A stretch of DNA of 64,000 bases from the NCBI GenBank assembly GCA_905478245.1, contig CAJQHT010000030.1, positions 4,351 through 68,350 of the forward strand. Direction: 5' to 3'. The stretch comes from an uncultured Rickettsiales bacterium. GTDB lineage: Bacteria; Pseudomonadota; Alphaproteobacteria; Rickettsiales; UBA1997. The notes beneath the pieces were generated by a model. It searched no databases. It was not told the origin of the DNA and saw only the letters and a list, made by a program, of their open reading frames with translations. Positions 10,150 through 18,756 of this stretch are shown piece after piece; positions within the stretch are counted from its first letter, which is position 1, and each line of letters begins with the position of its first letter. Made by a program: the position numbers and the translations under genes.

Positions 10150-10731
10150 ATGCGCATAATCTCAGGAAAGCACAAAGGTAGAAAATTATTAGATTGCTAT
10201 AAATTAAAAAATCTTCGACCAACAACCAATAGAAACAGAGAATGTTTATTTAATATTCTTTTATCTGCAAGTTTTTTACAAGAAATTAATTTTGATTTAA
10301 AAAAATGCAATTTACTTGATGTTTTTTCTGGATCTGGAAGTATTAGTTTTGAAGCCTTATCAAGAGGATTAAAATCAGCCACTTTAATTGATAATAATAC
10401 TGAAAATTTAGAGACCTCAAAGAAAAATGCCAAAATTCTTAACGAAGAAAAAAATTGTAATTTTATTAATTTTGATTTATCAAGAAATCTTTTTAAAAAT
10501 AATAAAAATTATAATTTAATCTTCATAGATCCACCATATAATCAAAATCTAATAACTAGCACAATTAAAAATTTAAATAAAAATAATTTTATTGGAGATA
10601 ATGCTCTGATTATAATTGAACATAGTAAATATGAAAAATTAGACCATAATGAGATTAAAAAAGAATCGCTAGAACTAATATTGGAAAAGAAATACTCAAA
10701 AACAACTTTTAGTTTTTTTATCAAAAAATAA
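10150..10731 (+). CDS. rsmD: 16S rRNA (guanine966-N2)-methyltransferase
   Basis: MRIISGKHKGRKL...LRPTTNRNRECLFNIL, DVFSGSGSISFEALSRG and FIDPPY, which together are the RsmD signature. Confidence 0.85.
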   Translation: MRIISGKHKGRKLLDCYKLKNLRPTTNRNRECLFNILLSASFLQEINFDLKKCNLLDVFSGSGSISFEALSRGLKSATLIDNNTENLETSKKNAKILNEEKNCNFINFDLSRNLFKNNKNYNLIFIDPPYNQNLITSTIKNLNKNNFIGDNALIIIEHSKYEKLDHNEIKKESLELILEKKYSKTTFSFFIKK

Positions 10732-10769
10732 AGTCTTAAAAATACTGTATCAAAATAATATGATATGTA

Positions 10770-11909
10770 TTATTTAAAAAAACTAGCTACTTTCTTAAAA
10801 AAAGTCTGAGATTTAGGATTGGAATTATCAGTAATTAAAGAATCAAGATCGCTCAATAAAGATTTTTCTTTTGAGCCAAGCCTAACTGGAGTTTCAACAA
10901 AAATATCAATATACATATCACCTCTTCTATTGCCAGAGTTTATGATAGTCATGCCTTTAGATTTTAAACGAAAACGATCATTAGTTTGTGAGCCCTCAGA
11001 AATCTTTAAGCGCGCTTTTACTCCATCGATAGTTGGAACTTCAACAGTTCCACCAAGTGCCGCTATAGTCATTTTAATTGGCACGGTAACATAAATATCA
11101 TGATGCTTTCTATTAAAAAATTGATGATTTTTTACGGAAACAAAAACATAAAGATCTCCAGATTCTCCTCCTCTAACTCCTGATTCACCCTCGCCTGCTA
11201 AGCGTATTTTATTACCATCCTCAACACCGGCAGGAATTTTTACCGATAAATTACGATCTTTATTTACCCTACCTTGACCAGAGCAAGTTGAACAAGGATT
11301 CTTAATAACTTGACCAATGCCATTGCAAGACCCGCAGGTTCTCTCAACAATAAAGAAACCCTGCTGAGCTCTTACCTTGCCACTTCCTTGACAAGTAGAA
11401 CAATTAGAAGGACTCTTGCCATCTTTAGCGCCACTTCCATCACAACTAGAACAAGAGCTAGCAATAGAAAATTTAATTTTTTTCTCAATTCCTCTAAAAG
11501 ATTCAGCTAAATCAACCTCTAAATTATATCTAATGTCAGAACCACGCATAGAAACACTTCTCTTCTGACCTCTGCCACCACTAAGATCACCAAATATATC
11601 GCTGAAATTACTAAAGATATCACCAAAATCACTAAAACCGCCAGACCCACCAAAACCTCCAGAGCCTCCAGAGCCTCCACCTTGATCAAAAGCACCATGT
11701 CCATATTGATCATAAGCTGATTTTTTTTGATCATCCTTTAGAACCTCATAAGCTTCTGTTGCTTCTTTAAATTTCTTTTCAGAAGCTGCATCTCCAGGGT
11801 TTCTATCTGGATGGAACTTCATTGCCAATTTGCGATAAGATTTTTTAATCTCACCAGCATCGGCAGACTTAGAAACACCTAAGATATCGTAATAATCTCT
11901 TTTTGTCAT
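10770..11909 (-). CDS. dnaJ: Molecular chaperone DnaJ
   Basis: J domain (DYYDILGV...HPDRN), a G/F-rich region, and four CxxCxGxG zinc-finger repeats. Confidence 0.97.
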   Translation of the reverse strand: MTKRDYYDILGVSKSADAGEIKKSYRKLAMKFHPDRNPGDAASEKKFKEATEAYEVLKDDQKKSAYDQYGHGAFDQGGGSGGSGGFGGSGGFSDFGDIFSNFSDIFGDLSGGRGQKRSVSMRGSDIRYNLEVDLAESFRGIEKKIKFSIASSCSSCDGSGAKDGKSPSNCSTCQGSGKVRAQQGFFIVERTCGSCNGIGQVIKNPCSTCSGQGRVNKDRNLSVKIPAGVEDGNKIRLAGEGESGVRGGESGDLYVFVSVKNHQFFNRKHHDIYVTVPIKMTIAALGGTVEVPTIDGVKARLKISEGSQTNDRFRLKSKGMTIINSGNRRGDMYIDIFVETPVRLGSKEKSLLSDLDSLITDNSNPKSQTFFKKVASFFK

Positions 11910-11931
11910 TTTGATATTTACCTAATAAGTA

Positions 11932-12534
11932 CTATAAACCGGTAGAATTCTGAGCTAAATATTCAGCAACACCCTTGGCATTAGCAACCATACCTTTCTT
12001 GCCCTTATTCCAGCCAGCAGGACAAACTTCTCCATGCTCTTGATGAAATTGTAAAGCATCAACCATTCTTAAAGCTTCCTCAATACTTCTTCCAAGTGGC
12101 AAATCATTAATAATTTGATGACGAACATTACCCTCTTGATCAATTAAAAAAGTACCTCTAAAAGCAACGGCATCATTTGTTAAAACATCATAATCACGGG
12201 CAATTTGCTTAGTTAAATCAGCAATTAAAGGATATTGCACCTGACCAATGCCACCATCATTGATTGCTGTATTTTTCCAAGCTAAATGTGAAAATTGAGA
12301 ATCAACTGAAACACCTATAACTTCAACATCGCGATCTTTAAATTCTTGCAATCTATTATCAAATGCAATGATTTCAGAAGGACAAACAAAAGTAAAATCC
12401 AAGGGATAGAAAAATAATATACCAATCTTTCCTTTTAAGTAAGAAGAAAGGTTAAAATTTTCATTAATTTCATTATTTGGCATAACTGCACAAGCTGTGA
12501 AATCAGGGGCTTTTTTTCCAACTAAAACTGACAT
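11932..12534 (-). CDS. Typical 2-Cys peroxiredoxin (AhpC/TSA family)
   Basis: [15 protein letters not shown] contains the peroxidatic Cys and EVCPAGW the resolving Cys. 200 aa. Confidence 0.92.
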   Translation of the reverse strand: MSVLVGKKAPDFTACAVMPNNEINENFNLSSYLKGKIGILFFYPLDFTFVCPSEIIAFDNRLQEFKDRDVEVIGVSVDSQFSHLAWKNTAINDGGIGQVQYPLIADLTKQIARDYDVLTNDAVAFRGTFLIDQEGNVRHQIINDLPLGRSIEEALRMVDALQFHQEHGEVCPAGWNKGKKGMVANAKGVAEYLAQNSTGL

Positions 12535-12743
12535 AATATAATAAATTTTAAATTAATAACATTATTTAAGTAAAAAACACTATAACTACTTCTAAAACTC
12601 TACCTAAAGCTTCATTATTTTTAAGCGTCTCTTTACAAATAGACTATCTCAAAAAATATATAGTTCTCTTTGTTAAAAATCAAGATCTCTTTTAAAAAAA
12701 AGTAGTAATATTAAATTTATTAAATAAGATAACCAGTAAATAA

Positions 12744-12790
12744 TACCAAATCCCAACTTTAATGAATTAAATTCTAAATAATTTTTTAGA
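12744..12790 (+). repeat. Partial MITE arm (variant 1 TIR fused to variant 2-type interior)
   Basis: TACCAAATCCCAACTTTAATGAATTAAATTCTAAATAATTTTTTAG is preceded by TAA (12741-12743) and ends 6 nt before the trpS start. Confidence 0.6.
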
Positions 12791-12796
12791 CAAAAT

Positions 12797-13777
12797 ATGA
12801 AAACTGTTTTTTCAGGAATACAGCCATCCGGCAATTTACATATTGGAAACTATTTCGGATCAATTGCTAATTGGATAGATTTGCAAAATAATCATAAGTG
12901 TATTTTTGGAATTATGGATCTTCATGCCATTACAGTTCAGCAAAACCCAAAAGAATTGCAAAAAAATATTCTTCAATGCGCAATCATCTATTTAGCTTGC
13001 GGTATAGATCCTAAAAAATCAATTATCTTTACTCAAAGCAGTGTCAAGGAACATGCAGAGCTAGCCTGGATCTTGTCTTGCTTTACACCACTTGGATGGC
13101 TTAATCGCATGACTCAATTTAAAGAAAAATCCCTAACATCTAATAATCAAAATTTAGGACTCTACGCCTATCCAGCACTTATGGCAGCAGATATTCTTCT
13201 TTATAAAACCAATATAGTTCCAACGGGAGAGGATCAAAAGCAACATTTAGAATTAACCAGAGATATTGCCCTTTCAATGAATAATCATTTTAAAACTGAA
13301 TTTCTACAAATTCCAGAACCATTAATAATAGGTGAAAATAAAAGAGTAATGTCCTTAATTGAAGGATCATCAAAAATGAGTAAGTCCGACCCAAGTGAAT
13401 ATTCCCGTATAAATCTTAGTGATGATAGCGAGATTATTGCCAAAAAATGTAAAAAAGCCAAAACAGACTCGGAAAATATTATTACTTACGATAAAAAAAG
13501 ACTTGAATTATTTAATTTAATCAATATTTTTGCAGCTTGCGAGAATAAAAAACCAGAAATACTCGCTAAAAAATATCAAAATAGCGGCTTTGGTACATTT
13601 AAGAAAGATTTCTCTGAAAGTCTAATTAATAAGATTATACCTATACAAAAAAATATTAAAGATTTAAATAATAATCTAGATTATGTTAAGGACATAATAG
13701 AGCAAGGTCATGATAAAGCCAGAGAAATAGCTTCTCAAAATTTAACAGAAATTAAAAAAATTATCGGATTAGCCTAA
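12797..13777 (+). CDS. trpS: Tryptophan--tRNA ligase
   Basis: SGIQPSGNLHIGNY carries the HIGH-type motif and KMSKS is present. 326 aa. Confidence 0.95.
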   Translation: MKTVFSGIQPSGNLHIGNYFGSIANWIDLQNNHKCIFGIMDLHAITVQQNPKELQKNILQCAIIYLACGIDPKKSIIFTQSSVKEHAELAWILSCFTPLGWLNRMTQFKEKSLTSNNQNLGLYAYPALMAADILLYKTNIVPTGEDQKQHLELTRDIALSMNNHFKTEFLQIPEPLIIGENKRVMSLIEGSSKMSKSDPSEYSRINLSDDSEIIAKKCKKAKTDSENIITYDKKRLELFNLINIFAACENKKPEILAKKYQNSGFGTFKKDFSESLINKIIPIQKNIKDLNNNLDYVKDIIEQGHDKAREIASQNLTEIKKIIGLA

Positions 13778-13788
13778 ATAAATTAATA

Positions 13789-14763
13789 ATGAAAAATTAT
13801 AAAAAAACCAATATAACTAACAGATCGCTAGAGGATGAGATTACTAGATTAAAAAAAGAGATGAACGGCGTTATATTAGCGCATTATTATCAAGATGAAG
13901 AAATACAGGATATCGCTGATTTCGTTGGTGATTCACTAGATTTGTCAAGAAAGGCAGCTCAAACAAATGCTGATGTAATTATTTTTTGTGGAGTTACATT
14001 TATGGCTGAAGTTGCAAAAATTCTCAGCCCTAAAAAGACAGTTATAATCCCAGATATGAACGCCGGATGCAGCCTTGAAGAATCTTGCCAGCCTGCGGCT
14101 TTTAAAAAATTTAGAGAAAATAATCCAAATCATCTAGCTATCACCTATATAAATTGCTCCGCTGAAATTAAAGCATTATCAGATATTGTTGTCACTTCAA
14201 CCAATGCTAAAAAAATTATTGAGCAAATACCACAAGATACACCAATTATATTTGCACCAGATCAGCATTTAGGTAGATATATCTCAAAAGAAACTAATAG
14301 AGAAATGCTGTTATGGCAAGGTAGCTGCATAGTTCATGAGCAATTTAGCGAAAAGGAATTGGTTAAATTAACAGTAAAACATCCAGATGCCCACATTATA
14401 GCCCACCCAGAATGTCCAGAAAATCTACTAAATTATGCTCATCATATTGGCTCGACTTCCTCTTTAATTAATTTTGTTAAAGAAAACCAAAATAGTGAAT
14501 TTATTGTTCTAACGGAACCAAATATAATTCACAAAATGAGACAGGAAAATCCAAATGCAAAATTTTATGATTGTAAATTCATTAATCAATCTGGCTGTGT
14601 ATTGTGCAATAATTGCCCTTATATGCAATTAAATAATATGGAAAAATTACACCATATTCTCAAAAGCCATCAAGAGGGAAAGGTGATAAATGAAATTACT
14701 TTGGATAAGAATTTAGCTAACAAAGCCAAAAATTCCCTAGTCAAAATGCTAGAAATGTCTTAA
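13789..14763 (+). CDS. nadA: Quinolinate synthase
   Basis: ILAHYYQDEEIQDIADFVGDSL, FCGVTFMAE, THPEC-like AHPECPE, and a Cys-rich C-terminus. Confidence 0.93.
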   Translation: MKNYKKTNITNRSLEDEITRLKKEMNGVILAHYYQDEEIQDIADFVGDSLDLSRKAAQTNADVIIFCGVTFMAEVAKILSPKKTVIIPDMNAGCSLEESCQPAAFKKFRENNPNHLAITYINCSAEIKALSDIVVTSTNAKKIIEQIPQDTPIIFAPDQHLGRYISKETNREMLLWQGSCIVHEQFSEKELVKLTVKHPDAHIIAHPECPENLLNYAHHIGSTSSLINFVKENQNSEFIVLTEPNIIHKMRQENPNAKFYDCKFINQSGCVLCNNCPYMQLNNMEKLHHILKSHQEGKVINEITLDKNLANKAKNSLVKMLEMS

Positions 14764-14774
14764 AAAGCAATAAA

Positions 14775-15698
14775 ATGGATATTATTAGAAATATAAATAA
14801 TATTTCAGAAAAGTTTAAAAACTCCTCCTTAACACTTGGAAATTTTGACGGATTACATAAGGGACATCAAGAAATATTAAAATTCACTAAAGAACTAGCT
14901 AACACAGACCAGCAAAAATCAGCCTTATTGACTTTCGAGCCACATCCTCGTCATTTTTTCAATAAAGATAAAAGTAAAAATAGTAGAATTTACTCTCTTT
15001 CACAAAAATTAAAAATAATTCAACAAGAAAATTTAGTGGATATTGTTTTTCTCATGAATTTTAATCAAAATTTAGCTAATTTATCAGCACAAGATTTTAT
15101 TAAAAATATTTTAATAAAAAAATTACAACCAAAAAATATTATTATCGGCTATGATTTTAGCTTTGGCAAAAATAGACTTGGTAATTGTGATCTACTTAAG
15201 GAATTATCAGATCAATATAATTATAAATTACATCAAATTAAAGCCAAAACAAATTCAGGTCAGAAAACTTACTCCTCAACCTTAGCTAGAAAGTTAATAG
15301 AAGAAGGGAATATAAAAAATACCGCAGAAATTCTAAATCGCAATTATGAAATTCAAGGAAAAATTATAAAAGGTCAGCAAAATGGCAGAAAAATTGGCTT
15401 TAACACCATAAATATTAAACCAAAATATCACATCATTAAGCCAAAATTTGGAGTCTATAAAACCATCACTCAAATATCTGGAAAAAATTATAATTCTATT
15501 ACGAATTTTGGCATAAAACCAACATTCACAGATCAAAAACCATTATTTGAGACTCATATTTTTAATTTCAACCAAGATGTTTATGGCAGAATAGCTAAAA
15601 TACAATTTTTAGATTTTATTAGACCAGAAATAAAATTTGATAATATCAATGAATTGAAGCATCAAATAATACAAGATTGTAAAAATGCCAAGATATAA
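14775..15698 (+). CDS. ribF: Bifunctional riboflavin kinase / FAD synthetase
   Basis: N-terminal FMN adenylyltransferase domain (GNFDGLHKGHQ) and C-terminal riboflavin kinase domain (GRKIGFNTINI...FETHIFNFNQDVYG). Confidence 0.93.
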   Translation: MDIIRNINNISEKFKNSSLTLGNFDGLHKGHQEILKFTKELANTDQQKSALLTFEPHPRHFFNKDKSKNSRIYSLSQKLKIIQQENLVDIVFLMNFNQNLANLSAQDFIKNILIKKLQPKNIIIGYDFSFGKNRLGNCDLLKELSDQYNYKLHQIKAKTNSGQKTYSSTLARKLIEEGNIKNTAEILNRNYEIQGKIIKGQQNGRKIGFNTINIKPKYHIIKPKFGVYKTITQISGKNYNSITNFGIKPTFTDQKPLFETHIFNFNQDVYGRIAKIQFLDFIRPEIKFDNINELKHQIIQDCKNAKI

Positions 15699-16425
15699 AA
15701 TCACCATTGAATATGATGGCACAAATTATTGCGGTTGGCAAAAACAGCCAGATCAAAAAACTATACAATCAACCATTGAGCTCTCTCTTAAAAAAATATT
15801 TAAAAAAGATATAGAAATTTTTGGATCCGGAAGAACTGACTCAGGAGTTCATGCCCTGGGTCAAGTTGCTCATTTTGATTTAGAAAAAAAATTAACAGAA
15901 TTTGAAATAATGATGGCCATAAATCACAATATTGGCCATGAAGAAAATATCTCCATTATAAAATGTGAAGAGGTAGAAGTTAACTTTCATAGTCGCTTTA
16001 ACGCCAAAATGCGCTTCTATGAATATAAAATTATCAATCGTACAGCAAGATTAACTTTAAACAAAAAAAGAGCTTGGCATGTTCCAATTAAGCTAGATCT
16101 AGCCAAGATGCAAGAATCAAGTCAGTATTTTATTGGAACTCATGACTTTAGCAGCTTTAAAGATAGTGAATGTCAAACCAAAAATTCAATCAGAACTATA
16201 AATAATATCAAAATTACTCAAAATAACGATGTTATATTGTTTGAAATATCAGCAAAATCATTTCTTCACCATATGGTAAGAAATATTGTCGGCACACTTT
16301 ATTTAGTAGGAAAAAATAAATTAGCAATAGATGAAATTGTAAATATTTTAGAAGCAAAAGATAGAACAAAATCAGGGCCAAATGCTCCTGCCTACGGTCT
16401 TTATTTCACCAAAGTGGAATATTAA
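15685..16425 (+). CDS. truA: tRNA pseudouridine(38-40) synthase
   Basis: YDGTNYCGWQKQP plus GSGRTDSGVHALGQVAHF, which carries the catalytic Asp motif. It overlaps ribF by 14 nt. Confidence 0.95.
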   Translation: MPRYKITIEYDGTNYCGWQKQPDQKTIQSTIELSLKKIFKKDIEIFGSGRTDSGVHALGQVAHFDLEKKLTEFEIMMAINHNIGHEENISIIKCEEVEVNFHSRFNAKMRFYEYKIINRTARLTLNKKRAWHVPIKLDLAKMQESSQYFIGTHDFSSFKDSECQTKNSIRTINNIKITQNNDVILFEISAKSFLHHMVRNIVGTLYLVGKNKLAIDEIVNILEAKDRTKSGPNAPAYGLYFTKVEY

Positions 16426-16451
16426 CAGTAAATTTCAACTTTAAATTCTTA

Positions 16452-16637
16452 TACCAATTCTTAATCTTTAAAATTAAGTTAAAATAATAAATAATCTAAC
16501 TTCATATTTTTTAATTAAAATCTACAAAAAGCCCATAAAAAATATTATGAAATATGAACATACAGACTACTCTTTTTTATAATTTTTATCTAAAAAATAT
16601 TTTGCCTATATCATTCATTAAAGATTAAGAATTGGTA
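16452..16637 (+). mobile_element. Palindromic MITE-like element, variant 1 (full length)
   Basis: TACCAATTCTTAATCTTTAAAATTAAGTTAAAATAATAAATAATCTAAC...TGCCTATATCATTCATTAAAGATTAAGAATTGGTA. TTA flanks at 16449-16451 and 16638-16640. Same orientation as the 23826 copy. Confidence 0.85.
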
Positions 16638-16640
16638 TTA

Positions 16641-17087
16641 TTAATCAGATAATCCTTTTGATCTTCTTTCCTCCATCATGGCTACCCAGCCACTTTTCGC
16701 CCTAATTCTTCTAGCATTAATTCTTTCCTTAAGTTCAACCGCCCTATTATCTTTAGCATATTTTTCACGCCATTTATTTTTTTCTTTTAAGTTTCGTTCT
16801 CTTTTTTCCTTTTTCCTATCGTCCTTTTTCTTGCTTAACCCCCTACTTACTAAATCAATAGTGATTTGTCGATTTTTATCATGCAATCTTTTATGGTGCA
16901 TAATAATATTATCAACAAACATGCGAAACCTCCTTCTAGCCATCTTCTTTCCCTTGGATCTTGACATAGTTTTTAAACCTGCCGCACCAAATAATAAAGA
17001 ATAAACACCAGAACCGCTCGGCAGAGATCTGCCAGTCTTGGCCATACTGGATATTGCCCCTATTGATGTCGAATCTATATAGCGCAT
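16641..17087 (-). CDS. Orphan highly basic hypothetical protein bracketed by inverted MITE copies
   Basis: 148-aa ORF. The alternative start MSRSKGKK would give about 108 aa. The K/R/E-rich tail reads KKKDDRKKEKRERNLKEKNKWREKYAKDNRAVELKERINARRIRAKSGW. I recognise no family. The sequence is visibly less AT-rich than its surroundings. The opposite-strand frame is also open, so coding status is not certain. Confidence 0.5.
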   Translation of the reverse strand: MRYIDSTSIGAISSMAKTGRSLPSGSGVYSLLFGAAGLKTMSRSKGKKMARRRFRMFVDNIIMHHKRLHDKNRQITIDLVSRGLSKKKDDRKKEKRERNLKEKNKWREKYAKDNRAVELKERINARRIRAKSGWVAMMEERRSKGLSD

Positions 17088-17139
17088 AAACTATTGGTTA
17101 AAGAAAAGATCTTAATATTAAAATTTAAAAAACACATTG

Positions 17140-17310
17140 CACCAAATCTAAAGCTTTAATGAATGATGTAACTAAAGATTTTTTCCAAGAAAAATTATAA
17201 AAAAGTCGTCAGTATGTTCATATTTTAACGAGGCTTTTTATGATTTTAATCAAAAAATATAAAGTTAGATTATTTATTATTTTAACCCATTTTAAAGTTG
17301 GGAATTGGTA
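17140..17310 (-). mobile_element. Palindromic MITE-like element, variant 1 (full length, one tip degenerate)
   Basis: The right roughly 95 nt are near-identical to the 35507 copy (...GAGGCTTTTTATGATTTTAATCAAAAAATATAAAGTTAGATTATTTATTATTTTAACCCATTTTAAAGTTGGGAATTGGTA). TTA lies at 17311-17313. The left tip has decayed to GCACCAAATC. Confidence 0.8.
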
Positions 17311-17382
17311 TTATACAACATTACTTAATTTTGTGCAAGTTATTTAATGAAGAAAAAACTTTAATATTGCAGCAAATTATTC

Positions 17383-17427
17383 AAAAAATATTGTGCCTGT
17401 ATCATTCATTAAAGGTGGGAATTGGTA
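17383..17427 (+). repeat. Half MITE (right arm of variant 1)
   Basis: AAAAAATATTGTGCCTGTATCATTCATTAAAGGTGGGAATTGGTA is followed by TTA at 17428-17430, which is the reverse-strand TAA stop codon of mnmE. Confidence 0.75.
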
Positions 17428-18756
17428 TTATTTACCAATACAAAAACCAGAAAATATCTTATCCAACACATCATCAACCTCCACCCTTCCTGATATTTTT
17501 CCTAAATTTCTAATAGCAACTCTTAGATCCTCACTTGCTAGTTCAATTTCTTTATTTAAAGAAAATTCTTTTAAACTATCTATAGTTTCACCCAAAATAT
17601 CGCGATATCTAGCTCTTGTAATTAAAGGATTAGAGTTATTTAAAGTTATTTTTTTAATTTTACTTTCAATTTCTTCCAGCAATATATCTAAATTAATTTT
17701 ATTTTTAATTGAAACTAAAATTGGCCTAAACTCAGCTATTCTAGCTGGTATTTCCACCTCCCTTAAATCAATCTTATTAATCACAATCAAAGAATCCTCA
17801 TCAATTAATTCCAGATTAGCATAATCAAAATTTTCAATATCATCACCATTAATAACTAGAATTTTTAAATCAGATTCATTAGCCTTCCTTAGAGATCTTT
17901 TCACGCCTTCCTGCTCAATAATGTCATTAGAATCCCTAATGCCAGCAGTATCAGCTATTACAACTTTAAAACCTGCAATCTGTAAAGCTACCTCAACAAT
18001 ATCTCGCGTTGTTCCTGCTATATCAGCAACAATTGCCACATCGCTTTTTGCTAAATAATTAATCAGGCTAGACTTACCAGCATTAACTTGACCAATAATA
18101 GCTAAGGATAGGCCATTTTTTATCTTAAAACCAATTTTATTATCGTCTAAATGTTCTAATATTGCTAAATTTAGCTTATTTACCCTATTCTCCAAATCAT
18201 CGATAATATTTTTAGGTAAATCTTCATCAGGAAAATCAATAAAAGCTTCTAAATTAGCCATAATATCTATTAATTCACTTCTCCAATCTTCATAAATTCG
18301 ACTCAAATCACCATTCATTTGTCTCATTGATTGTCGATGTTGCTGCCTGGTCTCGCTTTTAATTAAATCTGCTATTGCTTCAGCCTGAATTAAATCCATC
18401 TTACTGTTTAAGACTGCAATTTTACTAAATTCACCAGGATCAGCCATTCTAACATCGTCAATTTCACTTAAAATCGCCATAATCCTCTCCAAAACATAAA
18501 CCGAACCATGAATATTAATCTCCACAACATCTTGACCCGTAAAGCTATTTGGACCCTTAAAATAAGTAATTAAAGCTTGATCCAGCTCTTCCTGTAAAAT
18601 AGGATCAATTATTTTGCATAAAGTTGATTTTCTGTCTATCAAATCTTGATTTATACCAAGAAATTGCATGCAAGAAAGAGTTTTATCCCCAGAAATTCTT
18701 AAAATAATAACAGCGCCACTAGAAATAGCGGTAATGGGAGCAAATATTGTAGCCAT
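17428..18756 (-). CDS. mnmE: tRNA modification GTPase MnmE (TrmE)
   Basis: 442 aa with FTGQDVVEINIHGS, G-domain motifs (GQVNAGKSSL, DTAG, NKID) and the C-terminal CIGK motif. Confidence 0.95.
   Translation of the reverse strand: MATIFAPITAISSGAVIILRISGDKTLSCMQFLGINQDLIDRKSTLCKIIDPILQEELDQALITYFKGPNSFTGQDVVEINIHGSVYVLERIMAILSEIDDVRMADPGEFSKIAVLNSKMDLIQAEAIADLIKSETRQQHRQSMRQMNGDLSRIYEDWRSELIDIMANLEAFIDFPDEDLPKNIIDDLENRVNKLNLAILEHLDDNKIGFKIKNGLSLAIIGQVNAGKSSLINYLAKSDVAIVADIAGTTRDIVEVALQIAGFKVVIADTAGIRDSNDIIEQEGVKRSLRKANESDLKILVINGDDIENFDYANLELIDEDSLIVINKIDLREVEIPARIAEFRPILVSIKNKINLDILLEEIESKIKKITLNNSNPLITRARYRDILGETIDSLKEFSLNKEIELASEDLRVAIRNLGKISGRVEVDDVLDKIFSGFCIGK

Noticed and set aside
16678-17004. 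108-aa + strand ORF antisense to the orphan 148-aa ORF
   Set aside because: It is a Leu/Phe/Ser-rich mirror frame of a Lys/Arg/Glu-rich gene. The minus-strand frame is longer and has a plausible start. This open mirror frame is nevertheless the reason I lowered confidence in the coding call.
17298-17824. Track ORFs 17298-17513 (71 aa) and 17393-17824 (143 aa) on the + strand
   Set aside because: The first is built from MITE sequence. The second runs antisense to the well-conserved mnmE gene. Both have low-complexity, Ile/Leu/Ser-rich products typical of shadow frames in AT-rich DNA.
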